This document shows positions 27,565 through 36,963 of a DNA stretch of 64,000 nt, in pieces. The notes below the pieces were generated by a model, which was not told the DNA's origin, ran no database searches, and saw only the letters and a program-made list of their open reading frames with translations. This DNA comes from a virus. A program made the translations under genes and the position numbers. Every line of letters begins with the position of its first letter. Position 1 is the first letter of the stretch. The DNA lies in IMG/VR virus record IMGVR_UViG_3300044991_002272. The stretch is one strand, 5' to 3'.

Positions 27565-28229
27565 GGCAAGCTGTTGTAGATTTTTTTGATACGACTTTTA
27601 GCTGTCATTGCTTTATCCATTGCTGCTACTCGACGTGCTTCAAATAGACTGGTATCGTGGCCCTTGCCTTCCATCAGACTCTTTTTGGCACGGCGCTTGA
27701 ATCGAATAGCATCCATTTTGTGGCTAGTATAGGCGGCTTCCGCTTCCAAAAGATCTCTGACGCTTTGGCTGTTGATATAGAGGCCGCTGTTTAGCATTTT
27801 TACCAAGCCATGTGCAGCTTCATAAAGGCCCAGTTCGTGAGCCAAAACTTCACCAGAAATCTTGTTAACAACACTGTAATGTTGTTTGTTGACCAGCCTA
27901 GTTTCATCTAGATTGATTTTGATTTCATAGCGCCCTATTTTGATACCAGCATAGGTTGTTTCAGTTACAAGAGCTTGTGCTAGCTCAGGATTGTTGTCAC
28001 TTTCCAACAAGATATCTGTTGACACTTGACCTACAACATTGTTTAGCCGCGTCAACACTTGCGCCATAGCATCAACATCTGCCCTAGTAACTTGCCCAGC
28101 ACCAGCCAGTTCTAGGGGAGCAGAACTGGCTGGACTGCGCGCTGAGCGAGGACTCTGTGGAGTTTTTTCTCCGTTCATAATCTGCAAGAGACGGCTCATT
28201 GCGTCTTTGTCTTCATTACTAACTGTCAT
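27561..28229 (-). CDS. hypothetical protein
   Basis: Start MTVSNEDK after GGAGA; TTGACA-N17-TAAACT at 28302-28274. Confidence 0.7.
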   Translation of the reverse strand: MTVSNEDKDAMSRLLQIMNGEKTPQSPRSARSPASSAPLELAGAGQVTRADVDAMAQVLTRLNNVVGQVSTDILLESDNNPELAQALVTETTYAGIKIGRYEIKINLDETRLVNKQHYSVVNKISGEVLAHELGLYEAAHGLVKMLNSGLYINSQSVRDLLEAEAAYTSHKMDAIRFKRRAKKSLMEGKGHDTSLFEARRVAAMDKAMTAKSRIKKIYNSLP

Positions 28230-28230
28230 A

Positions 28231-28458
28231 CTAGATTCTCCATTGATCACTTGGGTCGTCAAAGCTATAATAGAGTTTATCATCCCGTTTAACTCGTGTC
28301 AACACTCCACGGGCTACAAGATTTTTTGCTACTACTTTTTCTCTATCCGAAAGAGAACTTTTGGCTATTGAGCCTTGATTGCCAGTTATTTTATTGATCA
28401 AAAGATTTTCTTCATTGCTGACTGGCGTTCGCCAGGCACCCAGTTCAATAATCTTCAT
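28231..28458 (-). CDS. hypothetical small protein
   Basis: 75-aa ORF overlapping neighbour. Confidence 0.6.
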   Translation of the reverse strand: MKIIELGAWRTPVSNEENLLINKITGNQGSIAKSSLSDREKVVAKNLVARGVLTRVKRDDKLYYSFDDPSDQWRI

Positions 28459-29452
28459 TCTCTAGCACCTCTGGAATATTGCTGCCAGCACCTTGAGATG
28501 TTCGTATGATTTGAAGATCTTGTAAGGCAGCTTGCATAGTATCCAAACTGTTGGCTAACCTCTTGGCATTGGCACCTGCAAATTTATAGTCAGGGCTTCC
28601 GCTTGTTAAGTCAGCACTCAAATCACGGAATTGTCGTTGTATTCTCAAACGGAGGCCTTCCAGTGTTACTGTTGCGTCCACATTCAAAATTTTAACTCTC
28701 GTTTTGTCCATAGGTTGTTCAGGATCAAATTCCACAACCACGCGCATGCCCAGAGGCAACTTGTCTTCACGAATCCCATCTGAGGCTTCTGGCAATGTGT
28801 CTACACCTGCCAAAGTCAGCATCCTGGCTAAACTGGGCATTTGCGTCATGCCCATAACCTGTTCATTTAGTGGCCCACAATCAGCTCGAGGCACCATTGT
28901 CAACTTGTGATCAAGAATAATACCCACAGTGTTATTGGGACCACGAGGAACACGTACCTCAACAATTTGATCTTTGTAAATTACTTGTTCCATGAATTCT
29001 TCCTTGGCGTGATGGAGGATCGTTTGTGCTTGCGATTTTGTAACGTTTTCTGTTTTTTGATTGGAAACATGATGATACAGTCCTTGCATGGTTTTGGGAT
29101 CAAGAGTAGGCCAAGTCAATTCCCAATCTTGATCGCTCAGCGATCCCACAATACTTAAAATTTGGCGTATTCTTGTACGCTGTCCTAGTTTGGAATCTTT
29201 TTCCAAGCTATGTAGTTTGTCTTGTACATCGTCTAACGTCGTTTTTTTGCTGCCCATGTTTGTGAACTGCAATAGTTGTAAGGCTTGTTTGATATTCTGT
29301 TTTTCAACACTAGCGACTAAATTTATCAGTTGATCAGCTGGAAGGTCATCAACAGCTTGTTTTACCTGTTTGGGGCTGAATCTACTGGCCTTGCTTAATA
29401 TTCTTACAACGTCAGCAATGCTGTTTTCATGTAGTGGGGTCATTGCGGTCAC
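28445..29452 (-). CDS. hypothetical protein
   Basis: 335-aa ORF. Confidence 0.7.
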   Translation of the reverse strand: MTAMTPLHENSIADVVRILSKASRFSPKQVKQAVDDLPADQLINLVASVEKQNIKQALQLLQFTNMGSKKTTLDDVQDKLHSLEKDSKLGQRTRIRQILSIVGSLSDQDWELTWPTLDPKTMQGLYHHVSNQKTENVTKSQAQTILHHAKEEFMEQVIYKDQIVEVRVPRGPNNTVGIILDHKLTMVPRADCGPLNEQVMGMTQMPSLARMLTLAGVDTLPEASDGIREDKLPLGMRVVVEFDPEQPMDKTRVKILNVDATVTLEGLRLRIQRQFRDLSADLTSGSPDYKFAGANAKRLANSLDTMQAALQDLQIIRTSQGAGSNIPEVLENEDY

Positions 29453-29609
29453 TGCTTATAGGAAACATGGGTTTTAAAGGTTTGGAGTTAACATCTAATT
29501 TTTCCACAGGAATGTTAAGAGCACGCAATACTCCATTTTTCCTTTGAAAAACAGTTTTTGTGGCCTTGTGGGTTTCAAAAAGTTGTTGAGTATTCATCTT
29601 GTTTCTCAC
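29427..29609 (-). CDS. hypothetical small protein
   Basis: 60-aa ORF behind TATAAATA at 29629-29622. Confidence 0.5.
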   Translation of the reverse strand: MRNKMNTQQLFETHKATKTVFQRKNGVLRALNIPVEKLDVNSKPLKPMFPISSDRNDPTT

Positions 29610-29649
29610 ACAAATATCGTATATTTATACGGCGAACATTACAGACGAC

Positions 29650-29673
29650 AAAAGGCGCATTTCTGCGCCTTTT
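29650..29673. terminator. intrinsic terminator
   Basis: AAAAGGCGCA-tttc-TGCGCCTTTT. Confidence 0.85.
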
Positions 29674-29697
29674 GTACACTGTCTATACCAATAAGGT

Positions 29698-30321
29698 TTA
29701 GAGTTCTTCGCGAACCTTGCCGATAATGTTGCGGGCGGCGTTGCTGCCGCTAACAACAAAGCTTGTTGCAGAGATAACAGAAGTAGCTGTTGTGATCACA
29801 CCGTCAATGGCATTCAGGAACTGATAGCCATTTGTGTTGCTTTCTACAGTGCTTGTGTCCAACAACCAAGCTGGGTTACGCTCAGTGGCCAGGTTGATGT
29901 AGTAACCTGTTTGTGCGCCATTGAAATCGCTACCAAAGTCCACAGCATTTACACCACTGGTCAACACTGTTGCACCAGCACCGTCAGAAATAGCAGCAGT
30001 GCTCACAGCTACGATCACAGGGTTGGCACGAGTGGCAAATGTGTTCAACAGCTTTGTGAGGTTAGCTTGCTTTGCACCAGCATCATTGTAGGCAGCGTCA
30101 CTGGTGTAGGTTTGGCTTGCTCCATTGCCATCCACAATGGTGATGGTGCGGCTGGCGCTCAAAGAGGTCCAGTTACGAGCCTTCAGTGCTTGAGCCAAAG
30201 GAGCTGTGACATTGGTGGGAAAGCAGGGGATCACAGTTACCAGTTGGAAGAAATTTAGATTGCCGGTGAGGAACTCGCCACCGCGAGAACCGCCGTTTAC
30301 GTTGGTTTGACCATAGGCCAT
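29698..30321 (-). CDS. probable abundant virion protein (Ala/Thr/Gly-rich)
   Basis: Own late promoter (30363-30357), AGGAGA SD, own terminator. Confidence 0.6.
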   Translation of the reverse strand: MAYGQTNVNGGSRGGEFLTGNLNFFQLVTVIPCFPTNVTAPLAQALKARNWTSLSASRTITIVDGNGASQTYTSDAAYNDAGAKQANLTKLLNTFATRANPVIVAVSTAAISDGAGATVLTSGVNAVDFGSDFNGAQTGYYINLATERNPAWLLDTSTVESNTNGYQFLNAIDGVITTATSVISATSFVVSGSNAARNIIGKVREEL

Positions 30322-30359
30322 AGTTTTGTCTCCTTAAGAGTGCATTATTGCAAGGGTAT

Positions 30360-30536
30360 TTATTGTTTACGACTTTTTTTGCGCTTTTTTGGCTTGTTTG
30401 GCACATATCCAAACAAACTGGGGCGTCTCATTACAATACCAAAAGGATTGGTTACTGATGCGATAGAGCCAGCTGAGCTACTCCCGCCTGTGGCCATTTC
30501 AGTTAATGGTTTGAGCAATAATTCACTTATTTTCAT
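30360..30536 (-). CDS. small basic protein (58 aa)
   Basis: Below track cutoff: MKISELLLKPLTEMATGGSSSAGSIASVTNPFGIVMRRPSLFGYVPNKPKKRKKSRKQ; ATGA overlap with upstream stop. Confidence 0.7.
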   Translation of the reverse strand: MKISELLLKPLTEMATGGSSSAGSIASVTNPFGIVMRRPSLFGYVPNKPKKRKKSRKQ

Positions 30537-31279
30537 TTGATCCCTCCTGCCAGTGCCTTTCCAAGGTAGTATGCGCCTATACCAATGCCTGCTGTTATGG
30601 CAAGCTGTTTCAACAAGCTGAGTTTTTTCTTTTCTGGGCCTTGACCCACTTGCGGAGCAACGCAGCCTGCGCCAGTTTCGGGATCACAAACATCTTTCAA
30701 TTCCCAATTATGAGAGTGTGCTAGATTGTCCAATTCATGGACTATGTCCCCACGAGCTGCTCTAGATCGTAATGCTTGGAGCAATCGGGTAACGCACAGT
30801 TTTTTGCCATCCAAGTCAATATGGAGGGAATTCCAGTCAGCAACAATACGTCTAATACTGCGATAGTTTTGGGTCTTGATGCGCAATGAAGTTTCAATTT
30901 GATACAGAATCTGAGATGCTTGTTTTTGATCAAAATTTGTGTTTTGTATATTCTTCAAGAAGCGTTTGACAAGACGTTCGTCCATTGAAGGTGGTTCCTT
31001 GTTCAATACAAAATACAACAAGTCATATAAATCAGGGGCACCAGGATGCCAAGTGCGAAAGTTACTATAGCGTAATGTTTTGTTAGCATATTGCTGTGCA
31101 AACTTTTGTGTGCTTGACTCTACACGCAGGAGTTGTAGGCTTACAAGATACAGAAACACAAGGTTTTCTGCATTGTCCTGATTCAAGGTTGACAAAGAAC
31201 TGAAAAATGGAAGTAATCTGCTTTCAGCCACAATGCTTTCTGGTTCAGAGAAGCGAGTAATAGGAGATGCTAATCTCAT
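30533..31279 (-). CDS. hypothetical protein with C-terminal hydrophobic helix
   Basis: 248 aa; coupled to neighbours. Confidence 0.7.
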   Translation of the reverse strand: MRLASPITRFSEPESIVAESRLLPFFSSLSTLNQDNAENLVFLYLVSLQLLRVESSTQKFAQQYANKTLRYSNFRTWHPGAPDLYDLLYFVLNKEPPSMDERLVKRFLKNIQNTNFDQKQASQILYQIETSLRIKTQNYRSIRRIVADWNSLHIDLDGKKLCVTRLLQALRSRAARGDIVHELDNLAHSHNWELKDVCDPETGAGCVAPQVGQGPEKKKLSLLKQLAITAGIGIGAYYLGKALAGGIK

Positions 31280-32109
31280 TTGTATTTGGGTACTTTTGTT
31301 GTCGTCACTTGAGCAACGTCTGGCGACTGCTTGGGTTGCCTTTTGGCTCTTGTAGCCGATTTTGCAACTGGGGCCGCTGTAGGCTTTAATGTAGATGGTT
31401 GGGTCGCAGCTGGCATACTTTGGCCATATCCCGGAAGTTGCATTGATTGAACCTTGTCGCCTGCAATATTCAAGCGATAAGGCCGTTCTTTTGGCTTCGG
31501 GCTAAGAGCTTGTGCCAGTTTTGTATCCCGCTGGAATCCTTGTGGTTTTTGTTGTACCCAGTCCGCTGCGGCCCAAGGTTTGCTGGAAGCCGCTCCTGCT
31601 GAGGCGGCTGTTGGACTTGTTGAATTGGTGGATGTTCCAGCCTGTGAGAATGCTTTTTGCAAGATATCAGGACCAATTGCTCCACGGGTTAACCACGCAT
31701 ATTTGGGATCTTTTTTCAATTGTTCAATTTTGTCTTGTAAACGGGCTCGCTCATCATTTGCAAATTTAGCAAAATCCAGCTTTGGTGGCTCACCAAGCTG
31801 TGTAGGAGCAGGCGTAGGAGCTGTCGCACCCTGCTTTGGGGGCTCAGAAGGTGCAACAGGATCTACGGATGATCTAGTGAACTCATTAGGGTTGTCTTTG
31901 CGAAAGCGGGCTTGTATTTCTGGAGTGATCCCATTTTTGGCTAACTCTTGACGCAATAGTTCTAATTGAGATTGTACTCTGGCAGACAGCTGACCAGTTC
32001 CTGAACCGCTTGGTGCAGCAGCAGTAGATTGTGTGGTGCGCGGCCTCGGCGGTAGGCCGCGCTCTGTAGGAGTTGGCCCAAATTTTGGGAAGTTAGGGGG
32101 TGACGCCAT
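31276..32109 (-). CDS. Pro/Ala/Gln-rich hypothetical protein
   Basis: 277 aa; largely low complexity. Confidence 0.65.
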   Translation of the reverse strand: MASPPNFPKFGPTPTERGLPPRPRTTQSTAAAPSGSGTGQLSARVQSQLELLRQELAKNGITPEIQARFRKDNPNEFTRSSVDPVAPSEPPKQGATAPTPAPTQLGEPPKLDFAKFANDERARLQDKIEQLKKDPKYAWLTRGAIGPDILQKAFSQAGTSTNSTSPTAASAGAASSKPWAAADWVQQKPQGFQRDTKLAQALSPKPKERPYRLNIAGDKVQSMQLPGYGQSMPAATQPSTLKPTAAPVAKSATRAKRQPKQSPDVAQVTTTKVPKYK

Positions 32110-32111
32110 TG

Positions 32112-33518
32112 TTAAAATCCTTGTCTGTTTGTAAAGCGACCGCTGCGTAGTCCCGCTTGAGTGTCTGATCTAGAGCCAACACCCTGATCGTAAGTTCTAC
32201 TGCCGGTTTCAGAAGGGATATTGATTGTTTCTCCGGTCCTGAGTTGATCAGGATTTGTTATTTGAGGATTAGCAGCAAGCAATTCGCGCACACTGAGATT
32301 ATTCTTTTGTGCGAGGGTGCTTAGATTATCGCCTCTTTGCACAGTGTATTCTTGGGATGGTATAGAGATGGTTGGATCATAGTCACCTGCCTCACCAGAT
32401 GCCGATGATATGTCTACTGGGCTAGCGTCATCATCGTCTTGAGTGCCGGTCCCTGTCCCTATTTCAGGATCGTCACGGTCCACCGGCCGCACTCTTAAAG
32501 GTCGAGAATCAGGTTCCACCACCGGGACTGGTTCATCATATCCTACTTCACCTGGGAAAGAGTTGGTTCTATTTCTGCTGGTTGCTGCGTAATCTCCTGC
32601 TTCACCAGAAGGGATACCTGTACCTGTTTTGTCAGATGCGTAATCTCCTGCTTCACCAGAAGGGATACCTGTACCTGTTTTGTCAGATGCGTAATCTCCT
32701 GCTTCACCAGAGGGGATACCTGTACCAATTGGTTCACTTTGCCCGCTTAACCATGAATCTAATGTATTGGATATTGCGTCTGAATAACGGATTGCGCCGC
32801 CTATTGCTGCCCCTATAGCAGTAAATGTAATGTTTTTTGCAACAGCTGATTTAAAGCTGGCGCCGTTCAGCATATCCGTAACGGTCTTTGTTAAAATAAG
32901 AGCTGCTGGAGCCGCCCACCAATATCCTGATGCCAAAATAGGAATTGACACACCCATCAGCCCCACAACTGCATTAGCTGTTTTTGGATGGTTTTTAACA
33001 ATTTTGCTCAATTTTTGGAATATTGCACCCAGTTTTTTGTATTTGCCTTTGGGATCAGCCTTGCTCAAGGATTGCTGAAGTTTATCTTCCCGATTAGCTA
33101 CCCACACTTCAGGATTAGACACTAAAGGATCACTGCTTTGGGTTTTTTTCAAGATTGTTGCAGCGGCACCTTTGAGTGTCCGCAAGGCACTATCTTTGTC
33201 TAAGTCTTGTGTTGCTGGTTCATCGCGTAGGTTTGCGTGTGCAGCAATTAAGTCCTGTATGTTGGGATATTTCTTAGCCAACGCCAAGAGTTCTTCGTCA
33301 GTGTAGCCTTGTGCGTCAGCTTCTTGCACCCGCCCTTTGTAGCTCTCAAATACTGCATGAAAAGCAGGAATCAATTTCTCTTGAACCTGTCGCTCAGTTT
33401 CCAAGATCACTTGCTCTTCCTGCAATGCAACACTTTCATATAAGCGTGTTGCCTTGGGATTTGCGATGCTGTTTAAAAGTTGACGCATTAGCTCTGCATC
33501 AGAAACATGATTTTTCAT
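32112..33518 (-). CDS. LysM-domain protein with hydrophobic segments and 17-aa repeats
   Basis: C-terminal YTVQRGDNLSTLAQKNNLSVRELLAANPQITNPDQLRTGETINIP. Confidence 0.85.
   Translation of the reverse strand: MKNHVSDAELMRQLLNSIANPKATRLYESVALQEEQVILETERQVQEKLIPAFHAVFESYKGRVQEADAQGYTDEELLALAKKYPNIQDLIAAHANLRDEPATQDLDKDSALRTLKGAAATILKKTQSSDPLVSNPEVWVANREDKLQQSLSKADPKGKYKKLGAIFQKLSKIVKNHPKTANAVVGLMGVSIPILASGYWWAAPAALILTKTVTDMLNGASFKSAVAKNITFTAIGAAIGGAIRYSDAISNTLDSWLSGQSEPIGTGIPSGEAGDYASDKTGTGIPSGEAGDYASDKTGTGIPSGEAGDYAATSRNRTNSFPGEVGYDEPVPVVEPDSRPLRVRPVDRDDPEIGTGTGTQDDDDASPVDISSASGEAGDYDPTISIPSQEYTVQRGDNLSTLAQKNNLSVRELLAANPQITNPDQLRTGETINIPSETGSRTYDQGVGSRSDTQAGLRSGRFTNRQGF
32587..32726. repeat. 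51-bp tandem coding repeat (about 2.7 copies)
   Basis: gcgtaatctcc at 32587, 32638, 32689; encodes GTGIPSGEAGDYASDKT. Confidence 0.95.
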
Positions 33519-34456
33519 GGTGTTGGCGCCCCTCCACGTAAGTTTGCTATAATAAATCGTATCATATCATCTGAAAATCCTTGCGTGCGCAAGTCTGTTA
33601 TCAGGTCAGTAAGGTCTTTTACAGGATTAGTGGGCAGCGGCGGAGGAGGTGGGGGTGGCTGTTTGCGACCGCCTCTTGCGAGGTTTGTATCATTAGCAAT
33701 AACTATTTCCAACACCAAATCAGCCAGTTTCCCTATAAGGGCTTGTTTTTCCAAAACCGTGAGATTCCGGGTATTTGTGACTCGGAAGGGTTGTGGTAGA
33801 GGATGAACTGGCGCGGGTCTGATCCTAGCATAATCTCGAGCAAACGCAATCATACCCGCGTTAACTGTCTGGATAGGTATTTGCTTTGCTGCGCTAGAGC
33901 CTCCAAGCGGCACAGCGGCAATTGTCTGGCCCAATTTTGCTAAGGAGAACTGACTTAGTCTAGGTAATGTAATTCTCAAGCTTTGCATTATTTGTAATGC
34001 CTCAGCTTCTTGTTGCTGTGTGCCTTTGGCCAACAAATTAGTGTGCAGCTTGTTTGCAGCTTTTTGCTGTATTTGTCCCAAACCCAAGAAGATTTTCTTG
34101 AGATCATCATCATTCAAGATTTTGCTCAAATCGTTATTGGTTACTTGGGCAACAACTTGATTCACATACTGATCACCAATTTTGGTAGTGCTTTCTTTCC
34201 CGCCAAAACGAACTTGTTGATACCATTTCATGAAATCTGCTGCTGAAACATTTTCCAACCCTGCTTGTCGCCATGCTAAATTCAATTGGTTGGCGTAATT
34301 ACCGGCTGTGAGTTGGGCTGCTGCGGCTGGGTTACTAAAACTCTTTGCCCATAATGCTATTTCACGCCCAAGTCCCATAGGGGCACCAAAAGCCTCATCA
34401 AGCTGTGGCTTTGCTACACTGTTTATGAGCTTTCTCATATCCTCGGCATTACTCAT
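33515..34456 (-). CDS. hypothetical protein, probable internal virion protein
   Basis: 313 aa; N-terminus DMRKLINS..QLDEA; poly-Pro tract. Confidence 0.65.
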   Translation of the reverse strand: MSNAEDMRKLINSVAKPQLDEAFGAPMGLGREIALWAKSFSNPAAAAQLTAGNYANQLNLAWRQAGLENVSAADFMKWYQQVRFGGKESTTKIGDQYVNQVVAQVTNNDLSKILNDDDLKKIFLGLGQIQQKAANKLHTNLLAKGTQQQEAEALQIMQSLRITLPRLSQFSLAKLGQTIAAVPLGGSSAAKQIPIQTVNAGMIAFARDYARIRPAPVHPLPQPFRVTNTRNLTVLEKQALIGKLADLVLEIVIANDTNLARGGRKQPPPPPPPLPTNPVKDLTDLITDLRTQGFSDDMIRFIIANLRGGAPTP

Positions 34457-34703
34457 GACCTTTTCCTTTTTTAACAGTGTTAAGCTTACGCATAAATTTG
34501 GTTGATTCTTTACATAAGATGCTCTTTACTAACCGTTTGGTTAAATCTTCAGCTACTTCTGCGTCATAGCTGGCATGGAGTTGCTCAATAAGGTGAATAG
34601 CACTGCTGATTACATGAGCAGCTCTACTTTCAATAACTGAGTGTTTGTTTTTAACTGGAACGAGCGAATCCAATTCCTCAATAATAGATTTCTGTTTGTT
34701 CAA
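34449..34703 (-). CDS. hypothetical small protein
   Basis: 84-aa ORF downstream of a late promoter. Confidence 0.65.
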   Translation of the reverse strand: MNKQKSIIEELDSLVPVKNKHSVIESRAAHVISSAIHLIEQLHASYDAEVAEDLTKRLVKSILCKESTKFMRKLNTVKKGKGHE

Positions 34704-34724
34704 AGCCTGTCAACCCAATTTTTG

Positions 34725-34751
34725 AATATTTATGCTCCCTCCATAAATATT
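34725..34751. promoter_or_regulatory. back-to-back late promoters (palindrome)
   Basis: AATATTTATG-ctccctc-CATAAATATT between divergent genes. Confidence 0.7.
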
Positions 34752-34777
34752 TTTGACACTGTTTTTGGGCTCACATT

Positions 34778-35125
34778 ATGACACAAATTTTAACAGAACA
34801 AATGAGAAGCTTGGCTAAAAGATTACATGAACTGGATAGTTCACCGGGCGCTGCAATGGTTCCTGGTAGTAAGGAAACGGTGCCTATAGAGCCAACGCAA
34901 GGGAGCGTTATGCCCAAGCAATTGGCTGACATTCTTGGTATGCAGGACATAAACTTATTCACCCGTGCCTGGAATAAATTACGTCAGGGCAGAGAACATC
35001 AGCTCACACGTCAAGAGATGGCAGAACTTAGCATTGCATTCATGAAATTGGTGCTGGCTGATCCCAATGATACAACCAAAGCCATGAGCTTGTTGCGCCG
35101 GATCAGCGCCAAAAATCCAGAGTAA
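34778..35125 (+). CDS. hypothetical protein
   Basis: 115 aa; plus-strand late promoter upstream. Confidence 0.7.
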   Translation: MTQILTEQMRSLAKRLHELDSSPGAAMVPGSKETVPIEPTQGSVMPKQLADILGMQDINLFTRAWNKLRQGREHQLTRQEMAELSIAFMKLVLADPNDTTKAMSLLRRISAKNPE

Positions 35126-35665
35126 CTATCGCCTGATCAAGGATGTAAGCTCTTTGAGCTTAGCAAGATTGTTTGCTGGAGCAGACATGGTGTCAGTATT
35201 TGCAGGGGGAATAGGTGCAGCACCTGTTGCCCCAGTGTTTTTCCTACGCAAGTCTGCCATCATATCTGCTGCGGTTTTCACTGGCACTTGGCTTTCATTC
35301 TCTTCCAAGTCATAGATGCGCAGTGTTTCAACATCATATCCCATAATGATCTTGCTGCCCACACCACTGCTGCTTCTTGTTTTCAAAAACTGGTATTGAT
35401 ACTGTCCACGTTCTCTCATTGCTGGTGTAGCCAAGATTGATACCACATTATCTGCTGTTTGAATCTTGCTGATACCGCCTGCAATGTGACTGTGATCATG
35501 TTCCATTTCATTGACTGAGCTGTTATGAGTTAAGATGTCATTGGCCCAAAACAATCTGTCATTGTCAACATTGATATCAATAGTGTCTTGAATTCCTAAG
35601 TACTTGATGTCTACGATCTCGTCCCAATCAATATCTTCACTTAACTCGTCAAAAATTTCAGACAT
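35126..35665 (-). CDS. split intein C-part (48 aa) + C-terminal part of gp41/DnaB-like helicase
   Basis: IDINVDNDRLFWANDILTHN|SSVNE (IntC 35665-35522); then IAGGISKIQTADNV..KTRSSSGVG; GAGG SD. Confidence 0.93.
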   Translation of the reverse strand: MSEIFDELSEDIDWDEIVDIKYLGIQDTIDINVDNDRLFWANDILTHNSSVNEMEHDHSHIAGGISKIQTADNVVSILATPAMRERGQYQYQFLKTRSSSGVGSKIIMGYDVETLRIYDLEENESQVPVKTAADMMADLRRKNTGATGAAPIPPANTDTMSAPANNLAKLKELTSLIRR

Positions 35666-36939
35666 TGTTCCATAACCTCTTTTGTATTCTTTTTGTAGTC
35701 ACTCTGCCAAATAGTCAATGTATTATAGCCTCTTGATTCATATAATTTAAGCTTGGCAGCATCTTTTTCCCATATTTCTTGTGCAGTAAGGTCCTTATTC
35801 AACGGGTTTGGCCTATCATCTGATTTATAGACAGTTGGATTGGCATGCCAGCTATCTCCATTGAACTCAATTATTCGACCGTTATAGAAGAGATCTGGCT
35901 TGACATAGATATTCAAACCTTCAAACTCCCTGCATGAAATCCTTATTTCATTTTCCCCAAAATAATACAAATCATTTATAGTTTTAGAGAGCTCACAACA
36001 TATCTCAAACGACCATTTGCTGAACCTTTTACTACTGTTTATTGCAGACATAGTTTTTTCATATCTGTCTTGAAACATAGTTTTGCCTTCAGGTCCGTAT
36101 TTCTCCAAATAATAGGCAAGCGTATTTGCATAACCTTTTCTTTGGCAGACATCACTATATATTTTTGTACCAGTCTCTATGCCGTATCTATCAATATGTC
36201 CCTGTAGCGTTGCAATATAACCTATTCTGGCATTGAGTTCTTTATATTTTTCTAACCCTTGTTCAAGACCATATAAACTGGTAAATTTAGCTAAATTACG
36301 TGTTGTTTTAGTTTCCTTGCAGATGATAGGGCCCATTTCTGGTCCATACTTCTCTATAAACCCTGCCAAACTATTTTTGTGACTTGAATCAGAAATTTTA
36401 GTATTGTATCGTGCTGTCCCTTCTTCTGCACCATACAAGGCAATATAATGATCTAGTCCAGTTGACGGGTAGCAATGCCCGATTGCTTTGCGAGATTTGT
36501 AAGTATTTGATCTCTTAACACAATATTCTGCCCATTTTTGATTACCAATATCCTCGCCATACCGGTTCACATAATTCTCCAGAGATGCTCCTCTAGCAGA
36601 TAATTTGCGAGTAGCTTCTTCTTGGCCATATTTTTGTACATAATCCTCTTTGGTCTGTGTAGACGCTGCTGTCTTTTCTTCCCACAGCTCTAAACCTTTT
36701 TTCTCACCATATCGAGTAATAAATGACTTCTTTGAAGAGCTATCATGCCCAAGCTTAGTAATCTCGTCCCAGTTTTGGTGCAAGTGCCAAAAATCAAGAG
36801 TATATTTTTGGTAAATCTCAATAAGTGTAATCAACATCCGTTTTGTGCGGCCATCATACTCGACTGAATTGAGCAATGCCTGTTTGTCCGCAGTCAAACA
36901 TAAATTCCTTATTCTTTTAGAGTTGCAGATATTCTTCAT
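35641..36939 (-). mobile_element. free-standing Vsr-like (EDxHD-type) homing endonuclease gene
   Basis: Lies between intein halves; about 8 YxxxYGxExG repeats; C-terminal PDLFY..IIEFNGDSWHANP..YNTLTIWQSD. Confidence 0.85.
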
Positions 36940-36963
36940 ATGGTCCTCGTGTTGCCGTTAGCA

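Noticed and set aside
35641-36939. Group I intron or contiguous intein explaining the helicase break
   Set aside because: IntN ends in a stop and IntC has its own SD and ATG; no group I core elements noticed
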